7,120 nt of DNA from Geosiphon pyriformis uo1. Lineage: Eukaryota > Fungi > Glomeromycota. The DNA lies in contig JAAOMT010000165.1 of the NCBI GenBank assembly GCA_016748015.1, positions 1 to 7,120 on the forward strand. Direction: 5' to 3'. The notes beneath the pieces were generated by a model, which worked only from the letters and a program-made list of their open reading frames with translations, made no database searches and was not told the DNA's origin. The translations under genes and the position numbers were made by a program. Positions 1-7,120 of this stretch are shown here, one piece after another. The number at the start of each line of letters is the position of its first letter. The stretch's first letter is position 1.

Positions 1-133
1 GTTCAAATAGGATCCAACCCAAAGATCAGAAAAGTTGTTGATTTTATTATTTGAGTCTGCCTAAATGAAAATATAAAAAAGACCTTAGTTCTATTTCAGT
101 TTTCAATTTTTCGTTAGATATTAAATTAAATAG

Positions 134-407
134 TGATAAGCAATTTCTGAAATCAAAATCAAAGAATTATTTGTTTGTAAGCTAATGATATCACTTACTC
201 TTCTTTAAACTTTGGTTAGCCTTATTTGGAGATATGATTTTAATATATATTAAAAAAGATAAACTTTAATTAGGTGTCCAGTAAACGATCAAAGTCAAAC
301 AAAAAAACAAACAAACAGTCTAACGTTCTTTTGCATATCTGTTCTCTTTCAAGGTCAATAAATAAACTAGCTAGGAACATCCAAGTTTACTTGATTATTG
401 AAAAACA
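134..407 (+). mobile_element. Insertion A: 274-bp probable solo LTR
   Basis: It begins TG (134) and ends CA (407), flanked by an imperfect 5-bp duplication AATAG (129-133) / ATTAG (408-412). It splits ORF1 between FSLDIKL and VSEKSVQKKL. TATATATT lies near 244-251 and AATAAA at 357-362. Orientation is tentative. Confidence 0.6.
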
Positions 408-769
408 ATTAGTGTCTGAAAAATCTGTTCAAAAAAAATTAAAAGCTGTTAGAAATTTTTTCTTTAATATAAATAATTTTGGGAAGATTTCTATTTTCTC
501 AAAAATTTAATAAAATTATCTGAGTGTCTTTTACTTTTAAAAAGGCAATAATGGCTGCAGCAAATTTAGCAAATGTTGAAAGTATTATGGTGAACACTAA
601 TATTAAGCATTTAATAAACAATTAAACAAATTAGACAATAGTAATCAAGGAAATTCTTGTAAAAATATTTTCAGAAATTGTGCAGACTATGCTTGTTAAT
701 TTTAGTATTATTAAGTCGATTAAAATGCAATTGGTAAGACTGTGACAAAAAGCAATTATAAAATTGGAA

Positions 770-968
770 TCTTTAATAAATATATACATATCACATCGTT
801 TATTCATCACGAACTAGGGAAACCCCATAAATTTTGAGCGACCAGATTGAGAGTTAACTACTGGAAATTACACGCTCATTTCCTCTCACTCACACACACA
901 CTAACCCTTCCTACTAACCAACACGAGTATGTATGAGAAAGAGTTGCTTTTTTTGTGACCCTCAGACA
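770..968 (-). mobile_element. Insertion B: ~199-bp LTR-like insert
   Basis: It splits ORF1 between QKAIIKLE (ends 769) and (D)N*NQTNFLASKW (from 969/972). It is more GC-rich than its flanks and keeps CpGs. The minus strand starts TGTCTGA; the other end (TCTTTAA, 770-776) is at best a degenerate inverted copy. No clean TSD is visible. Confidence 0.6.
891..901. repeat. Short (CA)n microsatellite inside insertion B
   Basis: CACACACACAC, preceded by CTCTCACT. Confidence 0.6.
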
Positions 969-1309
969 GATAATTAAAATCAAACTAATTTTCTGGCTTC
1001 TAAGTGGTTTATTTTCATTAGTAAAAACACAGTTTATATAACAAGAACTGATATTAATAAACAATTATAAGATACCAGAAATGAATTTAAGACTTTGCTT
1101 TATATACTTTCTATAGAAACAAATACTCATGATCTTTAGAATTTTATTGGTTCTATTGGTAGAAAACCTGTATAATTAATTACAATTCTGTTATTATACT
1201 TGTATTAAGTATACTACTGTGTGTTTCGATTTAGAGAAAAGCTTAATTAAAATAATGGCTATATTCTTTATTATAAAAGGTAATATATTTTATTGGTTCT
1301 GTTTGTCTT

Positions 1310-1775
1310 TGAAACAAAATAATTAAGAATTTTTATGTTTTTAAGGTAAATTTTATTGGAGTTGATTTGTAAAGATGTTTGATGAAGATTATTTCTAACT
1401 GAAATACATTTTTTCTAAAAAAAAAGCTCTTTTTTTATACAATTTGTTATAGTACTATTCTATAATATAGCATTTTTTTTTCTAATATTTTGGCAAACTA
1501 AAAATATATTTTGTTAAATTATAAGTTATTTTGTAAACTATAGATTATTTTAGTAAACTGTTGAATATTTTGTCGAATTAATAAATATTTTGGTGAATTT
1601 TAAATATTTAATTATTATAATTTGGTTATATTTGTGTTAAATACAAATTAAATTATTAATTAAATAATAATTCAGATAATTTAATAAGATAATAAGTAAT
1701 AAATTGAAATAATAATATGTACTAATAATAAAAAATATAAGAATAATCTTATGTTAATTAATATTGTAAATTTCA
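1310..1775. mobile_element. Insertion C: ~466-bp old AT-rich insert (solo LTR or MITE-like)
   Basis: ORF1 similarity stops after YWFCLSL (~1311) and resumes near 1779. Termini TGAAA (1310-1314) and TTTCA (1771-1775) form a short inverted pair. It contains an internal 20-bp tandem array. There is no TSD, and the first half of the zinc knuckle is missing at the junction. Confidence 0.55.
1486..1609. repeat. Degenerate ~20-bp tandem array, 6 units plus a partial (TATTTTG-nn-RAAYT-n5/6)
   Basis: Units start at 1486, 1507, 1527, 1546, 1566, 1586 and 1605: TATTTTGGCAAACTAAAAATA / TATTTTGTTAAATTATAAGT / TATTTTGTAAACTATAGAT / TATTTTAGTAAACTGTTGAA / TATTTTGTCGAATTAATAAA / TATTTTGGTGAATTTTAAA / TATTT. 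Confidence 0.85.
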
Positions 1776-2544
1776 ACTAATAATAATAGTTACATTTTTT
1801 TTAATTATAATTTAATTAATAATAAACTGGTGTTTAAAAAAAAACTCTTTTTTTGGCTATAAACCAGTTTAAGTTAACTCAAATTTATGTCAAAAAATCT
1901 GCTTCTGTTATTTGCTCAGCAGTTTTTAAAGACAAATCTTGGATATTTATTATTAATAGACTTTCTTTTCAAGTGTTTTCTGGTATTTTTTTTTGGTCTG
2001 GTTTTTCAAATGAAGTTAATTTTTCCTAATAACTGTAAATAATATGGAACTACAATTTACTAATATTAAATATAGTTTTGTCAATTTTATAAAACAAATT
2101 AGTAAGTTGGCTAAAAAATTGAATATAATAATATCAATAATTTTTTAATCTAGTTTTAGATATTAGTTGCTAATAATCTTTTTTTTATCTAATCAAGTAA
2201 GTAATATAGTAATGAAAAAAATTTAGCTGTGTACCCTAATAATAAGACTGTAACAAAGCTAATTTTTTCAATATTTTCAAATATAATTAGATTAAAAACT
2301 TAATTAAATAAATTATCTAATTTGGTTATAAATTTGTTAGCAAAATTTAATAGTTTGATTCTGGCTCTAGATATTTTTTATTATTATTATTTTAATAACT
2401 TGGCTTATTTAGAAAATTGCTATATATAATATTAAAAATATGAATATTTCTGCCAAGCAGAATAATATTATCAAATAACATAAAAAATTGTAAAATAATA
2501 TTTTAATTATTATTAAAATAAAGCTATACTCTAATATTAAATGT

Positions 2545-2963
2545 TGTTATAGGTAATTATTTGGGGTCTCAAAGCAAATAACAAACCCATAACTTGGTGC
2601 TCAATTGATATAATAATGTTGGTTTCTAAAGGTTTTGTATCTGAAAATTTTGATTAAACCCTTTGTATAATAAACAGAGATTCAATGGTGGTTTTCAGTA
2701 GCCTTCTGGAATCGCAATTCCGTCAAATTTTTTTTTTAGCATGGTGGCCAGTTTATTCTGGCAGTCATGCCCTTCTGGTAAGCTATCCATTAATTTATAA
2801 ATTTTATATTCTTATTTCTGGGCTTTTACCAGGCTATTCTTGACATTAATTACTCAACACTTAATCTCTTTAATCAGTAGTATATTAACAAACAAAAGAA
2901 AATAAAAGAAAATAAAAGAAAAATGAAAAGAAAATAAAAAATTAGTATTCCGTTAATAGCCAT
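2545..2963 (-). pseudogene. Decayed ORF within insertion D: N-terminal hydrophobic segment plus charged domain
   Basis: From ATG 2963 it reads MAINGILIFYFLFIFLLFSFIFFCLLI. After a 2-nt slip near 2881-2884 it continues LLIKEIKC*VINVKNSLVKAQK*EYKIYKLMDSLPEGHDCQNKLATMLKKKFDGIAIPEGY*KPPLNL... toward the element end. There are six in-frame stops, so the true 3' end is unknown. Confidence 0.45.
2894..2940. repeat. Purine-rich 10-bp tandem repeat (AAAAGAAAAT)x~4
   Basis: Seen directly. On the minus strand it encodes the F/L/I-rich segment of the decayed ORF. Confidence 0.75.
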
Positions 2964-3235
2964 GATCAAAAGCTATTGTTCCAGTGTGGTTAAGTGTTGG
3001 ATTTTATTAACATGAAGTGTTGATAAATAGAAGAGTGATTAGATTTTCAAACAAACAACAATAACATGGATTTGAAGAATTGAAAAGATATTTTATTTAT
3101 ATAATTCCATTTTTGTTGATAGCAACTATTCTTGAAATAAGGGTTAATAAATTAAGAAGAAAGGAGATTGTTCCAAATTAATAAAACTCTATTGAATTCA
3201 CCAGGAATTGCTTTTTCTGCTTTTAACACTCTCGC

Positions 3236-3392
3236 TATATATACATAAATTTTATTATATGAGATTTCTTGAATTCCTCAATTTTCTAGCCAGTAATCCT
3301 GGAATTCTTGGAATCCTGTAATTCTAGAATCCTGCAATTCCTCTGAAAGGAATCCTGGAATTCCACTTTTACTATGTCTATTCTGATTGGCT
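3236..3392 (-). promoter_or_regulatory. U3-like promoter of insertion D: CCAAT box, short repeat cluster and TATA box
   Basis: The minus strand has AGCCAATCAG (3392-3383, matching the NF-Y/HAP consensus). Alternating AATCCTG / AATTCY repeats span 3295-3364 and TATATATA lies at 3236-3243. The order is correct for leftward transcription. Confidence 0.55.
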
Positions 3393-5252
3393 AATTTATG
3401 TACTAATATTTAATTCCTATATTCTATGAATAACAATGTTAAATTGTGGATAAATTTAAAGATTTTAAGGTTTTTGTTTTTAAATTAGATACTGATTCTA
3501 TAAGTACTAGTGTTATAATTATCATAAATAACTATTTAGCTTAATATATTTTAAAAATAACAAAATTTTTGGTAGATTTCTATTAGTTCATTTATAGTTC
3601 AAAAACAGGCAATTAGTTTTGGTATTAAAATTATATGTAAGTATATCTTTTAAAAAACATTTAGATCAAATGTCTATTATTAATTTTTTTAAAATTAGAA
3701 TATTTAATAAGAATATTTTTGTTATTTTGGGTGGTGATTTTGATAAAGATAATATTAAGTACATACTAGTTTTAGAAAATATTTTAATTATGGTTTGGTT
3801 AATTTTTTGGTTAGTAGTTTGTTTGCTAAAATTTTTACTTAAACGAATTTTAGAAAAGTCAAATTAATAATTAATTATATTTTAATATTATAAAATCTGG
3901 TTAATACTATTATTAACACAGTAGTATTAAATATAATAGATTTTTTTAATAACTAATCATCTTGCTGTTTCTGTTTTTATTAGTTTAAATAGTATTTTAT
4001 AATGTTTTTTGCAAGCAGACTAACAAAAACTAATAAAAATACAATTTTAAGAGAGCTAATATAGTCAAATAAACTCGATTTAGAAATGTTATATTGACAA
4101 ATATTACTGTGTTTGGTAAAAATTTTAGTTATTCAAAAGAACTTTCTAATTTGCATTTTATATAAAATATTATTTAAAGAGTTATTTATTTTTTAGCCAA
4201 TAAAATTTTTTTCAAATCTTGGAGCAAAAATTTTGATAGTATTTTCATTAAAATTTTATCTTATTTTTACAATTTAGAAGTTTTAATTTTAAAATTGTTT
4301 GAAATTCATATTTAAGTTTTAATAATAAATTAAATAATCTAATTGTTTGTTGATTGTTACTTGATAAACTGTATAGATGTCATATTTAAAACTTTTTAGT
4401 ATTAAATACTAAATTTAATACTGTTAAACCTAAGTTAGCTAAAATTAGAAAAGTATATTATATGCTTAAGCTTATTAAATTTTGATAAATTGAAGTTGTA
4501 AAAATTTATGCTATTATTAATAAAAGAATAAAAAGTTGCAAGATCAATAAAAATTATACTATTAAAAGTATTTTAAAGTGTTTTTTTTGAAAAATAGTTT
4601 TAAATTATTTGGTAAATAGGAAAAACTTGGTACTGAAGTCTAAGAAAATTAAGTTTAAAGTTGATTTAATAAAGTAAATCAGTTTTTTAGTCTTAAAAAA
4701 AAGCTTGAGTATTAATAATTCTTAAGCTATATAAATTAAACTTATTACTTTAATTAAAACTGCTTAAAAAGTTTTTTTTAAAATTTTATTTGACAGAATT
4801 TTTTTAGTTTATAGTAAGTTTAATATTCTATGTAGAAATAATTTTTTAATATTAAAAAATTTAACTACAATAAACTTTTTCTATAATTATACCTCTTAGT
4901 CAACATATTTAAACTATAAAAAAATAAGACTAAAAAATAATCAATATTTTTTCGAAATAAAAATGATTTTTTGCTTTCAATTTGATTATTTTTTAGTGAG
5001 GATAAAATATTATAAAATATTGGTATTTACTAATCTGATAATTTATTCTTTTTATTAAGTTCTTGAATATATAACAATTATTAGTAATTAATTTAACTTT
5101 AGAATCGCGAATTTTTATGCTAAAAATTTAAATTAATATTGATTTAAAATTTAATTTGTTTTGTGATAAATCTTTATTTGATTTTAGGTGTTATTATTTT
5201 CGCAATTTACCATAACAAAATTATAAACTCGTATTACTTTGTATTAAAAATG

Positions 5253-5350
5253 TGTTTACACATAAACCTCGGGAGGGTCAATCACATTTTAACAAGCGAA
5301 TGAGTCACATCTATTATAGGAATGTTTACATGTTGTATATAAGTAAATAA
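5253..5350 (+). promoter_or_regulatory. Possible orphan regulatory cluster (forkhead-like x3, AP-1/Gcn4-like, TATA-like)
   Basis: TGTTTACA at 5253-5260 and 5323-5330, TGAGTCA at 5301-5307, TATATAA at 5336-5342, GTAAATA at 5343-5349. Motif matches only. Confidence 0.25.
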
Positions 5351-5905
5351 TGTTTGGATTACACTCAAAAAAAGCATTTTCAAAAAAATCTATTTCAATT
5401 CAATTCCTATTTTTTCTTAAAGTATTTTCAAATCATGGTTATTAATAAGTTTCTAAATTTTTTTTTAAAAAAAATAGATAATAAAATAAATATTCAATAT
5501 TATAATGATTTTAATTTTTTTTATTTCAAATATTTTTTTATAAAGATTTCGAAAAAAAATTCTAAATATTATTAACAATTTTTAAAAATAAAAAATATGA
5601 CAAATAATTATTTGTTTAATTGACATTAAAAGTTTTGAAATAAATTTAGAATAATTGGTATTCAATTAATTAAAATATTTTTTTAATGCAAATATGACTC
5701 CAAATTTGAATTTAGTTTAATTATAATATTTATTAATTCAATAATATTAGACTTCAAGTTATAGTAATAAAACTGAAAAATGTAAATAGTCAAATTCTCT
5801 TTTTAATTTGATGAAATTAATTTTATCACAGAATATTTAATAAAAAAAAAGCAAGTGATATCTAACACTCCAACGTCCAAGGTTCCAGCATTAATTTCCT
5901 CCAAT

Positions 5906-6043
5906 TTAAAGAGCGTAAACAGCAAAATACGAAATCAAAAAACTGGCCACAATTAGTACTAAATCGATAACTAAAATCTTGACACCGAACGCAGTCTGAG
6001 TTGGTGTATTAGGGGCCGAAGTAGGAGTACTTGATTTAGGTGA
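5906..6043 (-). other. In-frame coding-like extension after the TAG: S/T/P-rich stalk plus C-terminal hydrophobic GPI-signal/TM segment
   Basis: SPKSSTPTSAPNTPTQTAFGVKILVIDLVLIVASFLISYFAVYAL followed by TAA (5908-5906), in the same frame as exon 3 and without indels. Confidence 0.8.
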
Positions 6044-6736
6044 CTATTGTGTAGTAGGTATATTCGGTTTGATATTAATACTAGAAAGATGGTTAAATTC
6101 TAAATCCAACCCGAAAGTAATCGTCTGATTCATTGGGTTAGTAATTACCAAACAGAGTATAGCAGGTTGTCCGATAAAGTCTTCATTCTTGCTACAAGCC
6201 TTAACAGGAACTATTGACATAATTTGATAACATGATGAATTCAGTTTATATGTGAGATTACCGGTAAAATCTGGGTCGAAATACTTTTTGGTTTCAGTTT
6301 CGTTTGCTACGAATGTGATAAAACCTGGAATTGCTCCAGGAAGTGCAAGTATTGGGTAACCGGGGTCTATTTTACCGATATCATTGGTGGTTTGTGGTTT
6401 ACCTTCTAACAAGGTTACGTTATAGTCTAATAATAAAATTTTTCATTAAAAATTTGTTGAGATTATTAAATCTATTCATTAAAATCAAAAAAAAATTAAA
6501 TTACTTACATATTGTGTTGGTTGGGGATTTACTACAGGTATACCAGTTTTGTGATGAAGGAATGGTTGAGATAGTTGATGGAGAATTTTGCCCTTCAGTA
6601 ATCTGCTCAAAAGATAAGAATCATAAGTATTACTCCTAAAATGGAAAATATATTTCACTTCTTTTGTGCTCTTAGTAACGTATACCTTCAAAGCAAGAAG
6701 AGCCCCTATCAAAACTAGAGTCTGCAGTTTATACAT
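6044..6736 (-). CDS. Three-exon gene, complement(join(6044..6426,6509..6602,6686..6736)): 175-aa secreted 4-Cys glycoprotein of unknown function (221 aa if TAG 6044-6046 is bypassed)
   Basis: The spliced product is MYKLQTLVLIGALLALK|ITEGQNSPSTISTIPSSQNWYTCSKSPTNTIY|YNVTLLEGKPQ...IPTTQ*. Both introns are GT-AG, 83 and 82 nt long, with matching phases (0 and 1). The N-terminus resembles a signal peptide with a plausible TEG/Q cleavage site. It has sequons NVT, NET, NLT, NSS and NQT and 4 Cys. GC and CpG content are higher than in the flanks. Confidence 0.82.
6427..6508 (-). other. Intron 2 (82 nt, phase 1)
   Basis: Canonical GTAAGT donor, very AT-rich body, TTATTATTAG acceptor. Confidence 0.88.
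6603..6685 (-). other. Intron 1 (83 nt, phase 0)
   Basis: AAG|GTATAC ... TTTTGAGCAG|ATT. It is needed to join the signal peptide to the frame compatible with intron 2. Confidence 0.72.
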
Positions 6737-7120
6737 GCTTACTTTACTCTTATTAATCTTCAAGATAAATAATTAGTAACATCATAATTAGGAATTAATA
6801 ATTCTCATTCATTTTTGGATTTTCGATACCAGACATCATATTTTCAAACAATTTAACTCATTTCTAAATTTTTTTGGATCAACATTGATAAAATTACAGA
6901 AATTCAAAAAGATGGAAATAAAAATTCGAAGCTCCAAAAAGCTAAGAAAACATGTACTTAATACTCATAAAAAAATTGTAGTCGTACATAGAAAGAAAAT
7001 CTAGGTATTTTTTTGCGTAATACACATGTGGTGGTTATGCATTCCAAAAAAAAAGTGCAAGGTGCAACATCAAATGTGACTTTGGATTTGTAATTTGTAA
7101 ATTTAATTGGGCAATATAAA

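Larger units (their letters stand above)
81..2398 (+). pseudogene. LINE ORF1 (nucleic-acid-binding, CCHC knuckle) pseudogene in four pieces: ~81-133, 408-769, 969-~1311, ~1779-2398
   Basis: Readable pieces: SISVFNFSLDIKL | VSEKSVQKKLKAVRNFF...MAAANLAN...IVIKEIL...IKSIKMQLVRL*QKAIIKLE | N*NQTNFLASKWFIFISKNTV...KTLLYILSIETNTHDL*NFIGSIG...TTVCFD...IKGNIFYWFCLSL | NNSYIFFNY (decayed xxGHxxxxC half of a zinc knuckle)...QFKLTQIYVKKSA...KSW...QISKLAKKLN...LLAKFNSLILA. It contains many stops and frameshifts. Confidence 0.8.
2545..3435 (-). mobile_element. Insertion D: 891-bp element with TGTTAT...ATAACA termini and 4-bp TSD (probable solo LTR; a non-autonomous Ginger-like element is the alternative)
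   Basis: TGTTAT (2545-2550) and ATAACA (3430-3435) are perfect inverted ends, with ATGT at 2541-2544 and 3436-3439. Excision restores the LINE ORF2 frame. Promoter motifs and a decayed ORF point to the minus strand. Confidence 0.88.
81..4870 (+). mobile_element. Degenerate APE-type LINE (non-LTR retrotransposon) remnant, 3'-truncated, interrupted by four nested insertions
   Basis: Manual translation through stops and frameshifts gives a colinear ORF1 then ORF2. ORF2 shows decayed APE motifs: IAIYNIKNMN (2416-2445, for xNVRG), GGDFD (3730-3744, for GDFN), INY (3870-3878, for IDY) and TNH (3952-3960, for S/TDH). RT-entry sequence KLITLIKTA*KVFFKILFDRI (4738-4800) corresponds to RPIALIxxxxKILSKILxxR. 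Comparison is to my recollection of an abundant Glomeromycotina LINE family, not a database search. The 5' boundary is uncertain and may lie outside the window. Confidence 0.9.
2395..4870 (+). pseudogene. LINE ORF2 pseudogene: APE endonuclease, linker and N-terminal part of reverse transcriptase (pieces 2395-2544 and 3440-4870)
   Basis: The frame starts at ATA (likely former ATG) 2395: (M)TWLI*KIAIYNIKNMNISAKQ. Removing 2545-3439 restores the frame exactly (IKC|*IVDKFK). GDFD, INY and TNH motifs follow in APE order. The ORF-track call 3619..3867 is a fragment of this. Similarity ends near 4870, before any DxxKAFD/YD or YADD motif. Confidence 0.88.

Noticed and set aside
274-510. ORF-track 78-aa ORF
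   Set aside because: GTG start; a chance fusion of insertion A sequence with a LINE ORF1 fragment.
876-1064. ORF-track 62-aa minus-strand ORF
   Set aside because: It is antisense to LINE ORF1, crosses the insertion B junction and includes the CA microsatellite.
1486-1609. CRISPR-like array
   Set aside because: The period is only 19-21 bp with no real spacers, no cas genes are present, and the context is eukaryotic.
3619-3867. 82-aa ORF as a standalone gene
   Set aside because: It is a fragment of the LINE endonuclease (GGDFD) that drifts out of frame after an indel.
81-4870. Alternative genetic code or organellar origin to explain in-frame stops
   Set aside because: All three stop codons occur alongside frameshifts and degraded catalytic motifs, which fits pseudogene decay. 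The neighbouring gene has spliceosomal introns.
5354-5575. 73-aa F/K/N/I-rich ORF
   Set aside because: Non-ATG start; its composition simply reflects poly-A/T DNA.
6331-6639. 102-aa plus-strand ORF
   Set aside because: Antisense shadow of the spliced gene, running through intron 2.
6610-6681. Alternative signal-peptide-like frame (TLLRAQKK*NIFSILGVILMILIF) inside intron 1
   Set aside because: It would need a non-ATG start, a stop bypass and a frameshift. Canonical splicing explains the region with no lesions.
6485-6763. Unspliced 92-aa ORF as exon 1
   Set aside because: It ends in phase 0 at the GTAAGT donor while the acceptor needs phase 1, giving an immediate stop. The two-intron model resolves this.
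7023-7030. CACATGTG palindrome (E-box-like) upstream of the gene
   Set aside because: A single short motif is not enough to call a regulatory site.

Overview
Very AT-rich eukaryotic DNA. The ~82-nt GT-AG introns and the repeat family suggest a fungus, probably Glomeromycotina (Geosiphon-like); this is inference. The window has three parts. (1) ~81-4870 (+): a dead APE-type LINE (non-LTR retrotransposon). Its ORF1 (CCHC knuckle remnant) and ORF2 (APE endonuclease plus start of RT) are still readable after heavy C>T/G>A erosion. Four unrelated LTR-like/MITE-like insertions split it (134-407, 770-968, ~1310-1775, 2545-3435). The last has perfect TGTTAT...ATAACA ends, an ATGT target-site duplication, its own CCAAT/TATA promoter and a decayed small membrane-protein ORF. 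(2) ~4870-5900: AT-rich spacer with a small orphan cluster of TF-site-like motifs. (3) 5906/6044-6736 (-): a three-exon gene for a secreted 4-Cys glycoprotein, missed by the ORF track. An in-frame TAG separates its ectodomain from an intact 45-codon S/T/P stalk plus hydrophobic GPI/TM tail. No prokaryotic system, CRISPR array or RNA gene is supported.
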